From IMG/VR virus record IMGVR_UViG_3300011435_000002, positions 1 to 60,606 of that record: a DNA stretch of 60,606 nt. One strand, given 5' to 3'. Both the position numbers and the translations under genes were made by a program. Shown here one piece after another: positions 1 through 8,920 of this stretch. Source of the DNA: a virus. Taxonomy: Duplodnaviria; Caudoviricetes. Every line of letters begins with the position of its first letter. Position 1 is the stretch's first letter. The notes under the pieces were generated by a model. It did not search any database. It saw only the letters and a list, made by a program, of their open reading frames with translations, and was not told where the DNA came from.

Positions 1-123
1 CGAGGCCCGGCGAGCCATCGCCGCCGACCCGACACACGTCCACGGGACCACCCACACGGCCTACGCGTGCCCCGGTTTCGTCGCCATACAGGTCTGCGAT
101 GACTGCGGAACGACGGTCGCCGC
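1..123. repeat. Terminal direct repeat, left copy (circular assembly overlap)
   Basis: Identical to 60484-60606; an ORF reads through the join. Confidence 0.95.
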
Positions 124-163
124 TCTGTCCGAGGCCGCACAGGAGAAGGGAGAGACGGGATGA
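1..163 (+). CDS. 3' part of a Cys-rich hypothetical protein that starts at 60338 and spans the join
   Basis: Frame continues across the repeat to TGA at 161-163; CDDC motif; overlaps the next ATG. Confidence 0.65.
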   Translation, partial: EARRAIAADPTHVHGTTHTAYACPGFVAIQVCDDCGTTVAALSEAAQEKGETG

Positions 164-300
164 TGCTTCGCTACTGGCGACTTCGGTTGCGGCTGGCTGG
201 GATCGTGCATCGTGACGGTTCGACCGGGCATGAGTGGCGCTGTCGTCTCGCGGAATGGCTGCACGGTAGTTATCAGCATGGGTACACCGATGACCGCTGA
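160..300 (+). CDS. Small hypothetical protein (46 aa, MMLRYWRLRL...)
   Basis: ATGA coupling with the upstream ORF; purine-rich RBS; not in the ORF track (<60 aa). Confidence 0.45.
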   Translation: MMLRYWRLRLRLAGIVHRDGSTGHEWRCRLAEWLHGSYQHGYTDDR

Positions 301-664
301 CACTCCCGACCCCCGTCCGCCACGGCACCAACACGATCCCCAACTCGCGGACCGTTGCGACGGCTGCGCGGCCGTGAAGGCGGAACTAGCCATGATCGAG
401 CAGCTGGGTGGTGCCCCGATGATCCGGCAGCTCGCCCCGCGCGAGTACGAGGTGCTCCGGCTCCAGGCGCTGGGCCTGACCGGGCGCGAGATCGCCCACT
501 CGTCGGGCCTCACCGTGGGCACCGCCGGGCTGGACGTAGAGACGTTGGCTGACTTGCTCACCATGCGCCACATCTTGGAAGTGGGCTTCTGCGCTGAGTC
601 ACATCTCTATGAAGCGAAACGGGTACTCGCCGCCCGGCTCCGAGAGTCGACCAGTGGATCATAG
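290..664 (+). CDS. LuxR-type HTH protein, HTH apparently truncated or chimeric
   Basis: LAPREYEVLRLQALGLTGREIA matches the LuxR C-terminal HTH; CDGC in the N-terminus; start moved to ATG 290. Confidence 0.6.
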   Translation: MTADTPDPRPPRHQHDPQLADRCDGCAAVKAELAMIEQLGGAPMIRQLAPREYEVLRLQALGLTGREIAHSSGLTVGTAGLDVETLADLLTMRHILEVGFCAESHLYEAKRVLAARLRESTSGS

Positions 665-689
665 GGGGTCTAGTGGATCATAGGGGTCT
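653..689. repeat. Tandem near-perfect 18-19 bp duplication
   Basis: agtggatcatagggggtct followed directly by agtggatcataggggtct. Confidence 0.85.
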
Positions 690-844
690 TTTGTATCTCG
701 GTGTCATGTTCGTGAGTTTCTGGATTGGAGTCTGCGCTCGCACGGGATGCATCCATTGAAGATAAGAGGGAGGTGGGTTCATAAGAGAAAGCCTCAACCA
801 CAGCACAAAGCAGATCCGCATTACAACGCGGCCGGCAATTGGGT

Positions 845-1156
845 ATGCTTCATATGTCGCGAACCGGTCAAGAAGAAATAAGACAGTTTCCAGACGCGGA
901 CTGCCCCATACATCATGAGCGATTTGTGATGTACGTTAGGAAGAATGGGTATCTCAACAAGCGATGCCTGTCCTGTCAGCGCGAGCGGCAATCTAAAACT
1001 CACCATGGAGGTCCACGATGTAGGAATGGACACCTCAAAACGCCTTGGACCTGGATTTGGCAGAAAGGCCGCCACAGGTGCATTACTTGCCGGCGCAAAT
1101 CGAATGCAGCAGCAAAGAGGAGAAAGCGTGCCAGAGCAACAGCTTCCAATACCTAA
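845..1156 (+). CDS. Basic Zn-binding protein (resembles the C-terminal domain of HNH-associated proteins)
   Basis: CRNGH...RCITC and RCLSC motifs; K/R-rich tail. Confidence 0.55.
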   Translation: MLHMSRTGQEEIRQFPDADCPIHHERFVMYVRKNGYLNKRCLSCQRERQSKTHHGGPRCRNGHLKTPWTWIWQKGRHRCITCRRKSNAAAKRRKRARATASNT

Positions 1157-1511
1157 CGATCACCCCCACATCGTCGACTTGGTAATTGAGGATCTACATG
1201 CACGCCGTCGAGTGGGCATCGAGCGGTATGGAACCGCATTGCAAGCGTTTAACGGTCGGAGCGCTCTTCGTGATCTGTACGAGGAGCTGTTGGATGCGGT
1301 GCAGTACGCGCGTCAGGTGATTGAGGAAAATCCTGGAATCGACCGTGACCGAGGTGGGCTCAGTTACAATGAAGAACAGCGGCGGGAGCTGCTATCATTC
1401 GTCCAGTTAGCAGCTGAGAGAGCGGATGCCGCTGGTAGTAGCGAAATTCGCGAGTTTTTCAAAGAGGCAGAACGGTTGGCAAAGAAGTACGGTGGACTGC
1501 CCTTTGGGTGA
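1128..1511 (+). CDS. All-alpha NTP-pyrophosphohydrolase-like (MazG-related) phage protein
   Basis: GIERYGTALQAFNGRSALRDLYEELLDAVQY motif; GGAG RBS before GTG 1128. Confidence 0.55.
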   Translation: MPEQQLPIPNDHPHIVDLVIEDLHARRRVGIERYGTALQAFNGRSALRDLYEELLDAVQYARQVIEENPGIDRDRGGLSYNEEQRRELLSFVQLAAERADAAGSSEIREFFKEAERLAKKYGGLPFG

Positions 1512-1663
1512 CCATTAGAATTGCCCAGGCGATCACGTGAGGCCCATCAGGGACTTCCCACCCCAACCTTGGTTATAGGACTGGGTGACAGATAATGGTA
1601 GAAGTAGTGGGGAATCAGAGTATGGTGAGGAAAGAGCATGAAAGCTTGGCAGGAAAGAGACGA

Positions 1664-1837
1664 ATGACACGCAAGGAGTTGGTTACCGAGAGTTGGACTC
1701 ACCTAGAGATGAAAAGAGATATGAAGCACCGAATAGGGCCGTGGGATAAGTGCCCACTATGCATGCATCTTATCAGTCGCAAATGCAAGATTTGCCGTAG
1801 CTACCACAGGGCATTGCATCACAAGAAGACCGCGTGA
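1664..1837 (+). CDS. Small Cys/His-rich hypothetical protein
   Basis: CPLC and CKIC motifs; GTGA overlap with the next gene. Confidence 0.45.
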   Translation: MTRKELVTESWTHLEMKRDMKHRIGPWDKCPLCMHLISRKCKICRSYHRALHHKKTA

Positions 1838-2334
1838 AACGAATTTGCCGGGTCTGTGGAAAAGAGAAAGAGGGGAAATACTTCTACAGTGGTCAGGGTA
1901 ACACTTGTAAGAAGTGTAACAATGATCGTACTCGGAAGGCAAGAGCCGCCAATCCGATAAAGTACCGAGCTACACGTGCAGCAAGAGAAGCAACTCCTGA
2001 GAGAGGTAAGAAAAGGCGCGAGACACGGTTGAGGAGACGATATAAGCTGTCTCCAGCACGAATCGTGATGATGCTTGTAGAGCAAGACTTCAGATGTAAG
2101 ATTTGTGATGTTCCAATTACCTATCCTGGTGCTGAAAGTGAACCCCAGACTCACCCAGATGCCACTGAAGCAGTGGTGGATCATAGTCATGAAGATGGGC
2201 ATGTAAGGGGGTTACTTTGTAGTGCTTGTAACGTTGCTCTAGGCCTGTTCTTGGATAACTTAAGGATCATCAAAGCAGCTTACCATTATATTAAGAATGA
2301 TCTCAGCTCTGCGCGTACATCTACGGGAGGCTAA
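1834..2334 (+). CDS. Recombination endonuclease VII family nuclease
   Basis: CKIC...VDHSHEDGHVRGLLCSACNVALG signature; N-terminal CxxC pairs. Confidence 0.9.
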   Translation: MKRICRVCGKEKEGKYFYSGQGNTCKKCNNDRTRKARAANPIKYRATRAAREATPERGKKRRETRLRRRYKLSPARIVMMLVEQDFRCKICDVPITYPGAESEPQTHPDATEAVVDHSHEDGHVRGLLCSACNVALGLFLDNLRIIKAAYHYIKNDLSSARTSTGG

Positions 2335-2335
2335 T

Positions 2336-2542
2336 TTGGAACCCCAGGGGATGACCATACATCAAGCATCAATTGAAGGAGAAGTGGTTTGTAATCACCA
2401 TATTGCTCCTGGTACCTTCGAAGCATGGCACTGCTTCACAGACCGCAATTGCATCTGCCTAATCTGCCCCACTTGTGACGCTACTGTTCACTTGAAAATG
2501 GAATGGTCCTCTTATCCTCTTCGTATGCCCACAGAGGATTAA
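2336..2542 (+). CDS. Small Cys-rich hypothetical protein
   Basis: GGAGG before TTG 2336; CLICPTC. Confidence 0.45.
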   Translation: MEPQGMTIHQASIEGEVVCNHHIAPGTFEAWHCFTDRNCICLICPTCDATVHLKMEWSSYPLRMPTED

Positions 2543-2712
2543 CTGTCACCGCATACCAGATTGAGCCGTTATCTGATGGACATAAAGTGTCCCCATACCG
2601 TATGCCCCCTTAAGGGGGCTATTATACGGATGAGGTTACACTTTAATGTCATCCACCTCAGAAAAACCGTCACTACTGTACCAATACTGTTTTAATCGTT
2701 TTGGGGACAGTT
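2541..2712. other. Probable replication origin: long imperfect palindrome plus iteron-like repeats
   Basis: Perfect palindrome gcccccttaagggggc at 2604-2619 with outer arms; four AA(C/G)(T/C)GTC(A/C)C(C/T)-like copies. Confidence 0.45.
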
Positions 2713-3010
2713 TAATCCTGATAGGTTTACTCCCTTGTGAAGATGCGACGGAACGACCCCCCTGTGGTGAAGAAAGTTCCCTTAAGAGGCGTTTTTGTGA
2801 CCCGCGAAAATTGTCATAATCTCTTATACGGGGGTTCACCGGCGTTCCTAATCCCCTTCCAAAAACTTTGGACGAGAGGTGGAACTGGGAAAGTCGAGCT
2901 TACCCAATTTTCAATCTCAGTTCCAAATCAACCGGCACAGGAGCTTGGGGCGGAATCTGGAGGTTCAGGGCAAAGCCTTAGGAACTCAGCCTCACCGGCT
3001 GCCAAGTCGA

Positions 3011-3063
3011 TATGATGTGTTTTCTGGATCTCATTGACAGGATGAACCTAGGATGGGACAATA
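3011..3063 (+). promoter_or_regulatory. Sigma70-like promoter, class A
   Basis: TTGACA 3034-3039, 17 bp spacer, GACAAT 3057-3062; 43 of 53 bp identical to 57034-57086. Confidence 0.75.
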
Positions 3064-3121
3064 TGGTCACGGGACGGCCAGACCGTCGCGGGGACGGGCC
3101 AGACTAGGAGGTAGAGGATCT

Positions 3122-3280
3122 ATGGACATCATCAAATGGACGGGGACGAAGAGGTTGGGGCGCCTCCACCTAATTCGCAACCGCCGAGACTATGGCCACC
3201 GCGGGTACTACTTCTTTCACATGGGGCAATTCCGGGGAGTAGTTCTCAACCGCTGGACCATTATCCTCAAGGTTCGTTGA
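3122..3280 (+). CDS. Small hypothetical protein
   Basis: AGGAGG/GAGG upstream of ATG 3122; first ORF after the promoter. Confidence 0.55.
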   Translation: MDIIKWTGTKRLGRLHLIRNRRDYGHRGYYFFHMGQFRGVVLNRWTIILKVR

Positions 3281-3281
3281 G

Positions 3282-3713
3282 ATGACTCGACCAGCCAGCC
3301 TTCGACCCCAAAAGGCATTCATCGGGAAAAACAAAAAGGCTGGTTCCAAGCCACTCGAAATCGACTGGGATCGCATCGACGACTCCTATAACCACCGGGC
3401 GAACGACCAACTCAATCGACTCGAACTCAAAACCCTTCGTCAGGACCTCATTGACGCGGAGGCTAGGGGGGCATACTCCAAAGTTCGCAAAATTCGCCGG
3501 GCAATCTCCCACCTCCTAGAAGCTAACCTCGCCATATCCGCTACCTGGTGCAATACCTGCCTCAACTATCTCCACCGCTGCAAATGCCCCCGGGTTGTCC
3601 GAGAAGGGCTCCACCCCAGCACTGTCAGGGCCATCGCAAGGAAGGAGGTTAGGGACCTCGACCGTCTAGAGAAAGTTCGACTTCAACTCAAAGCCAAAAT
3701 CCAAAACACTTAG
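3282..3713 (+). CDS. Hypothetical basic protein with a CxxC...CxC motif
   Basis: 143-aa ORF in the operon; WCNTC...RCKC. Confidence 0.65.
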   Translation: MTRPASLRPQKAFIGKNKKAGSKPLEIDWDRIDDSYNHRANDQLNRLELKTLRQDLIDAEARGAYSKVRKIRRAISHLLEANLAISATWCNTCLNYLHRCKCPRVVREGLHPSTVRAIARKEVRDLDRLEKVRLQLKAKIQNT

Positions 3714-3723
3714 GAGGCAGACC

Positions 3724-3846
3724 ATGAACAACTACGACAATCCCCCGACCACCGAGACGACCACCGACCGCCTCGTGCGGATCATGGACGAAGAGCGCTC
3801 TCTTCACATCGCAGCCGACAAAGATGTTGCGCTCCTTCCTCACTAG
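3724..3846 (+). CDS. Small hypothetical protein (40 aa, MNNYDNPPTT...)
   Basis: Strong TAGGAGG RBS; not in the ORF track. Confidence 0.5.
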   Translation: MNNYDNPPTTETTTDRLVRIMDEERSLHIAADKDVALLPH

Positions 3847-3862
3847 GCAGGAAACGGATGGT

Positions 3863-3894
3863 AGTGGTACAGCCTTAGGAGGTAATCAAATGGA
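3863..3894 (+). repeat. 32-bp start-associated direct repeat, copy 1
   Basis: agtggtacagccttaggaggtaatcaaatgga, identical at 4305-4336. Confidence 0.9.
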
Positions 3895-4198
3895 TCGAGA
3901 AGAATTCGTCGCTCGATACGAAGTCCTCAATGACTTCTTTGACCAAGGATTAGATCCTTTTGAGGAGGAAACCCATAGCAAATTCCTTCAACTCACGGGA
4001 TGTGACTTCATCCTTTGGACGGATCAATCCAAGTGGAATACGGATAACGTCATCTTATCTATTTGGGAGGCAGCCAACGGTTTACAGCGATCCTCTTGGG
4101 ACCCAGAAGTTGGCCTCACGGCGTTCATCTGGACCAATGACGATCCATCTTTCACCTTCCTTGATGCTAACAGCCCGATTTGGGCTTCGGAGGCATGA
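3890..4198 (+). CDS. Acidic, aromatic-rich hypothetical protein
   Basis: ATG 3890 lies inside the repeat, behind AGGAGG. Confidence 0.65.
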   Translation: MDREEFVARYEVLNDFFDQGLDPFEEETHSKFLQLTGCDFILWTDQSKWNTDNVILSIWEAANGLQRSSWDPEVGLTAFIWTNDDPSFTFLDANSPIWASEA

Positions 4199-4304
4199 TG
4201 TGGACCCATATTTGGGATCGGGAAGGTGGATGGGCCAACATCGGGAAGGTGGTTGGACCATGAGGATCAGCCAACACAGGCACCTACATCATAATCCAGA
4301 ACCA

Positions 4305-4336
4305 AGTGGTACAGCCTTAGGAGGTAATCAAATGGA
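4305..4336 (+). repeat. 32-bp start-associated direct repeat, copy 2
   Basis: Identical to 3863-3894. Confidence 0.9.
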
Positions 4337-4757
4337 AGCAGAACAGGTTCTCGTCAAAATCAATAATGGACGGGGAACCGCTGATTTCAAATCCAACGCT
4401 CGCCGCATCCTTCGTTTGGACGCCAAAGCCATCGCCTCGAAGAAGGTAGAGGTCATCGGAACACCCGCCTCCGCTGTGGCAGATGAAGAAGCCCATTGGG
4501 GACCACGACGAGAAGCTACCCGAATCCTCTTCGATAGGGGCAATTCCATCTTCATCAATATCAAAGGGTTGAGGCGCCGCCCTTACACTCACACTTATGA
4601 AGATAGGAAGTGGGGGAACCCCATCGTCTATGTTCGTTTTGAGTATTGCCTCGAGGATGCACAGGCGATCCGGGCGCGGTGGAATGCCCAACGACCCAAC
4701 AACCGGAGCCGCCCTTGGAAGAAGGAAGAGGGACGAGCATTGGATATCAACCGATGA
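4332..4757 (+). CDS. Hypothetical basic protein
   Basis: ATG 4332 behind AGGAGG; ATGA overlap with the next gene. Confidence 0.7.
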   Translation: MEAEQVLVKINNGRGTADFKSNARRILRLDAKAIASKKVEVIGTPASAVADEEAHWGPRREATRILFDRGNSIFINIKGLRRRPYTHTYEDRKWGNPIVYVRFEYCLEDAQAIRARWNAQRPNNRSRPWKKEEGRALDINR

Positions 4758-4999
4758 ACACACTCCTTAGCCGCATCGGCCTGTGGTTCCTTCGTCGGGC
4801 TGGATATCCAACCTGCCTCAACGAGAACTGCACATGTGCTTACGGTTGGCCTTGCCTCGACTGCGATCCAACTGATACGGAGGAGACACACATCTGCCCA
4901 GGATGTGGAAGGGAACACTATTTCGCCGAACCTGAGCAGGATCTACGGGGTGATGTCACTGTCCATGGAGAGGCACTGGAAGGAGAAGATCAAGGATGA
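4754..4999 (+). CDS. Cys-rich hypothetical protein
   Basis: CLNENC, CLDC and CPGC motifs; coupled on both sides. Confidence 0.6.
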   Translation: MNTLLSRIGLWFLRRAGYPTCLNENCTCAYGWPCLDCDPTDTEETHICPGCGREHYFAEPEQDLRGDVTVHGEALEGEDQG

Positions 5000-5550
5000 A
5001 GATCAAATTCGAGGCTTACGACAGCGATAACATCGTCCATGAACTGCCGGGTATCCAACTGCCCTGCAATCAGACAAAAGCCGAAGAGGCGGATCTAGAT
5101 CATTTAGATGAGGATGAATACATCCACGTCATTGAGATTCCAGATGATTGGAACGCTCCATGGAATCCGAAGAAGAACCAATATGGATCGGAATTCATGC
5201 GGCAGTTCGCTAACTGGGCACATCGAGTATCCGACGCAGCTCTATTCGTCTCCGGGGATGACGACTACTTCGATTACTATCCCGGCAACATCTCTGCCCT
5301 CGTTGGGATAGGCGAGCAACTCGATGATCCGAGAATCAAGGAGATAGTTCAGGGGGTACTCCAATACGTCTATGATGTTCGTTACTACGACCTAGAACCG
5401 GAAACCATCGTCCCTTTCGAGGAGGTGGAGGCATACGAGGAACGCCGTGACAAGGCACTCTCGGAAGCGGCAAAGAACTTCCGTGAGGCTTACTGGACTT
5501 ACCACATTAGGAACTGGACTTACCACACTAGGAAGTATCGAGATGACTAG
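4996..5550 (+). CDS. Acidic hypothetical protein
   Basis: 184-aa ORF; ATGA overlap. Confidence 0.7.
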   Translation: MKIKFEAYDSDNIVHELPGIQLPCNQTKAEEADLDHLDEDEYIHVIEIPDDWNAPWNPKKNQYGSEFMRQFANWAHRVSDAALFVSGDDDYFDYYPGNISALVGIGEQLDDPRIKEIVQGVLQYVYDVRYYDLEPETIVPFEEVEAYEERRDKALSEAAKNFREAYWTYHIRNWTYHTRKYRDD

Positions 5551-5842
5551 AGTCGATCCAGGAGTAGTCGAAGTCATTGAGGACTTCGTCAATAGCTTCG
5601 AGCTGGAAATGGTGGCAGAGGATGCTCCTTGGTCAGAATACATCTGGCCATATCTGGAATACCGCATCAAAGAACAAATCCCAACCGACTCCTTAACGGA
5701 GGCAAACTGGAAAGCATTGTCTAGAGATTTGAGAGATTGGTGGAAGAACGGAAATCTTTATCATTGGGAAGAGGATGAAACCAATGCTTTCGGAATGGGC
5801 AGATGGAGGATGGGAGATCCAGATTTCTCATATGAACTATGA
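5543..5842 (+). CDS. Acidic Trp-rich hypothetical protein
   Basis: ATG 5543 overlaps the upstream stop. Confidence 0.65.
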   Translation: MTRVDPGVVEVIEDFVNSFELEMVAEDAPWSEYIWPYLEYRIKEQIPTDSLTEANWKALSRDLRDWWKNGNLYHWEEDETNAFGMGRWRMGDPDFSYEL

Positions 5843-6153
5843 AGGATGAAACGAGAAAGTGGATTGAGGCAGTTAGACAATCAGGAGCCTCAGCCCACCA
5901 TCAGACAATGGCAATCTACGAGAAGTTGGTTTCGGAGGAACACCTATTCGACAAAGCCTTCTTCGGACACAGGGCCACAAGGAAGCAGAGGAAGCGCCTG
6001 ACCCACCTGTGGAAGTTGTCTATGCAGTTGGGCGGGTTGAGCAAAACTCCAGTTGATGGGATTTCTGGATCTCCTATTACTCCGGAACCAGAGATGGGAC
6101 AATTGACGGGACGACGGACGGACCAGACAAACCCCAATCTGGAGGAAGTATGA
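5839..6153 (+). CDS. Hypothetical protein
   Basis: ATGA coupling on both sides. Confidence 0.6.
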   Translation: MKDETRKWIEAVRQSGASAHHQTMAIYEKLVSEEHLFDKAFFGHRATRKQRKRLTHLWKLSMQLGGLSKTPVDGISGSPITPEPEMGQLTGRRTDQTNPNLEEV

Positions 6154-7085
6154 GAAAAGATCTACTCAGGCCCACAACTCTTGAGGAATATATTGGGCAG
6201 GAGGGGATCAAGGATCTACTTCGAACAGCTATCACAGCCGCACGAGGAAGAAACGAACCACTTGACCATATCCTACTCAATGGGCCTCCAGGGTTGGGGA
6301 AGACAACGCTCGCGAACATCATCGGAAGGGAGATGGAATGGAAGATAAAGGCAGTCATCGGCCCAACTTTGGGTGGAGCTGCCGATGTGGAAAAACTCTT
6401 GGCGATCAACTGGAAACCACTCACAATCCTATTCATTGACGAGGTACACCGAGTACGCAAGCCTGCCCAAGAGGTACTCTACCCGGTGTTGGAAGATAAC
6501 GTGTTGCAGTTCTCTAATTCCAACATGGATTTGGCGCCGCTCACGGTTATCGGAGCCACAACTAACATAGGTAGATTGGAACGCCCATTCATTGACAGGT
6601 TTGGGCTTTCTTTCCAACTGCAATACTACACATATGATGAACTTGCCGAGATTATCGGAGGTTCCGCTGAGAAGCTGAAGGTAAAGCTGACATTCGCAGC
6701 CATTGACCAAATCTCATATAGGGCAAGAGGTACTCCCAGGATAGCGAACAACATCCTGAAGCGGATTCGGGATTACGCCGATGTTCTTATGCCTAAAGAG
6801 GTAGACGCAGTATTCGCAGACAAGGTAATCACTGACAAACTACATATCGACTCCATGGGGCTGAGGCTACTTGATCATCGTTATATGAGAGCCTTGACGG
6901 GTGGCAAGATCTTAGGGGTTGATGCTATCGCATCAAAACTCAATGAGGAGGTAGAGACAGTTGAAGATGTAGTTGAACCATACCTAATCAGACTAGGGTT
7001 CATCAATAGAGAAAGGACAGGAAGATGTCTAACGGTGGAAGGCGAGAAGTATCTGACATCCATCCCACGAACGTTCGGCCGGTAG
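6150..7085 (+). CDS. ruvB: Holliday junction branch-migration AAA+ motor RuvB
   Basis: LRPTTLEEYIGQ, DHILLNGPPGLGKTTLA, FIDEVHR, GATT, DRFG, RGTPRIAN..LKRIRDYA, EDVVEPYL. Confidence 0.93.
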   Translation: MRKDLLRPTTLEEYIGQEGIKDLLRTAITAARGRNEPLDHILLNGPPGLGKTTLANIIGREMEWKIKAVIGPTLGGAADVEKLLAINWKPLTILFIDEVHRVRKPAQEVLYPVLEDNVLQFSNSNMDLAPLTVIGATTNIGRLERPFIDRFGLSFQLQYYTYDELAEIIGGSAEKLKVKLTFAAIDQISYRARGTPRIANNILKRIRDYADVLMPKEVDAVFADKVITDKLHIDSMGLRLLDHRYMRALTGGKILGVDAIASKLNEEVETVEDVVEPYLIRLGFINRERTGRCLTVEGEKYLTSIPRTFGR

Positions 7086-7278
7086 AGGCTGCAAAGTTCA
7101 TTACACTGGAGCCCAACTATGAGGTTACCGGGCTCTTCATTGCAGAGGTACTATCTCAGGAAGGCTATGAGAGCACTGCTGCCACTCGAACGGCAGTACG
7201 CTCCCTCATCGAACACATTCGCTACCTCACGGCAACTGATCCACCAGCTGTGGCACGCATCTTGCAGAGGTTGGAGAA

Positions 7279-7464
7279 ATGACGAGGCAGAAGCGGAGAG
7301 GGGACAACATCCCTCCCGTCTCCGACTACGCCCATTGGAATGAGGAAGCGGAGGCCGTGTGGTACTCCGAGAACAAGTACGACATGGAACATGCCGATGA
7401 GATCATAGAGGACGAGGAAGACTCAAACTTCTATGATCCAGATGAGGAGAGTTCTAATGGTTAG
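7279..7464 (+). CDS. Small highly acidic hypothetical protein
   Basis: GGAG RBS; D/E-rich. Confidence 0.55.
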   Translation: MTRQKRRGDNIPPVSDYAHWNEEAEAVWYSENKYDMEHADEIIEDEEDSNFYDPDEESSNG

Positions 7465-7708
7465 ACCAGGAAGTAAGGAATTCATCGAGCAGCCGGACAA
7501 TTGGCCCACCTGGCCACTGCTACCCGTGAAGAACCGGGAGAGGCGGGATGACTTCGGTCCGAGCACTGGGTTGATCCATGCTGCTCAACTCACTATCGTT
7601 CGTCTCGGGAACATGTTCGACATGAACCGGGAGAAGTGGGATAACGCCGAGAAGCTCGAATTCGCAGATGTTCAGGCTTTAGTAGATGCTGGATGGGAGC
7701 CCGACTGA
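7457..7708 (+). CDS. Hypothetical protein (WPxWPLLPVK...GW)
   Basis: GAGGAG RBS before ATG 7457. Confidence 0.65.
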   Translation: MVRPGSKEFIEQPDNWPTWPLLPVKNRERRDDFGPSTGLIHAAQLTIVRLGNMFDMNREKWDNAEKLEFADVQALVDAGWEPD

Positions 7709-7875
7709 TGAAGTGGTACGGTAAGTGCCCATTTCTGCCTCGTCAATGTTCCATTGAAGAAGCGGAAGGACTTCGAATCATTCACGGGAGAAGAAATGGA
7801 GGTTCACTACCAACTCTGGCACCCCGAGAAAATGAAGAAGTCGGGCTATGGAATGCCTTACTTCAAGCAGCTTAG
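7708..7875 (+). CDS. Small hypothetical protein
   Basis: TGATG coupling. Confidence 0.45.
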   Translation: MKWYGKCPFLPRQCSIEEAEGLRIIHGRRNGGSLPTLAPRENEEVGLWNALLQAA

Positions 7876-8039
7876 TGAAGAGGAAATCTAGAATGAGGCT
7901 CAAGAAGAACGAAATCCGACTTCTTCTCAAGGGGGCTCGGTTAGTGGAACGCAACTTCGAGAAATCACAGAAAGGAGTGCCAGCGGAGGATGTAGTTGAC
8001 ATTCGCGAAGTTATCAAAAAGTTGAGGGAGCTAGCCTAA
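7848..8039 (+). CDS. Small basic hypothetical protein (true start probably downstream)
   Basis: Fills the operon; TAATG coupling with the next gene. Confidence 0.45.
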   Translation: MECLTSSSLVKRKSRMRLKKNEIRLLLKGARLVERNFEKSQKGVPAEDVVDIREVIKKLRELA

Positions 8040-8374
8040 TGGAACCCAACTACACGCCGGGAGTACCCATCTCAGACCTGATGAGGCTAGAACTAGGAGT
8101 TATCATCGCTGAGAGGTTCATGTTTCCGGACGAACAGCCAGACCCACTCAACCCATCATCAGGGTTTAGGCAGGAAGAATGCACTGAGTGGCTACACGAC
8201 CTAGGGTTCGAAAGGGTTGAATGGGCACAACCAACTGACCATATCCTCTATCTATCCCTGTGGAGGTCAACATCAAGAGGTAGGACGATGCTGGATGAAT
8301 TCATTCTCGAATTCGCTGGGCAGGACAGCCTCGTAATTAGCTTATTCAACTTCATCAAGGAAAGGCTCATCTAG
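8039..8374 (+). CDS. Hypothetical protein
   Basis: GGGAG RBS; 1-bp overlaps at both ends. Confidence 0.65.
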   Translation: MEPNYTPGVPISDLMRLELGVIIAERFMFPDEQPDPLNPSSGFRQEECTEWLHDLGFERVEWAQPTDHILYLSLWRSTSRGRTMLDEFILEFAGQDSLVISLFNFIKERLI

Positions 8375-8625
8375 TGGGAACACCAAGGCCCATGCCGAGG
8401 GAACAGGGAACCGCAAGCCTCAGAGAGGAATCTTGGAAAGTTAAAAGATGGGGTAAGCTAGAAGAGGTTACTTATGATGATGGACGGGTTGTCTACCGTG
8501 TGAAGATCTGGGATGATGGCCGAGAGCCATTCACAACTCAAACCTTCAACGACATCACGCCCGCCTACGATTTCCTTGACCGGGTAATCGAGGAGAATGG
8601 GAGCCACTTCGATGGACAAGCCTAA
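8374..8625 (+). CDS. Hypothetical protein
   Basis: Coupled ORF. Confidence 0.55.
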   Translation: MGTPRPMPREQGTASLREESWKVKRWGKLEEVTYDDGRVVYRVKIWDDGREPFTTQTFNDITPAYDFLDRVIEENGSHFDGQA

Positions 8626-8899
8626 GATCATGGGGAAGTCGGATGGTACCTTTATTGGACAACCACCGACTCAACTTCCTGTCCAAAAGACACCAATCAT
8701 CAAAGCGGATGATCACTCCATTACACGGACGAGGAACAAGAAGCAGAAGCGAAAGTACGCTATGCAGCGGATCAACAAGCTTCTAAGGGCGGCTACACGA
8801 TCGCAGACCACAGCTAGCATTCCTCGTGATTTGCTCGAGATGGGCGGAAGGGAGGCACTCAAGAAGGCAAAGGATAAGACAAAGCTACGGTGGTTCTAG
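8597..8899 (+). CDS. Basic hypothetical protein
   Basis: K/R-rich; in the operon. Confidence 0.55.
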   Translation: MGATSMDKPKIMGKSDGTFIGQPPTQLPVQKTPIIKADDHSITRTRNKKQKRKYAMQRINKLLRAATRSQTTASIPRDLLEMGGREALKKAKDKTKLRWF

Positions 8900-8920
8900 G
8901 GCAGAATAGGAGGCAATCAA

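Noticed and set aside
1-123. 123-bp terminal repeat as a biological DTR
   Set aside because: It falls in the middle of an ORF and looks like an assembler overlap; the likelier terminus is near 11.1-12.3 kb
7025-7282. ORF filling the gap after ruvB
   Set aside because: Plausibly real, since its stop couples to 7279, but no convincing start or RBS could be placed
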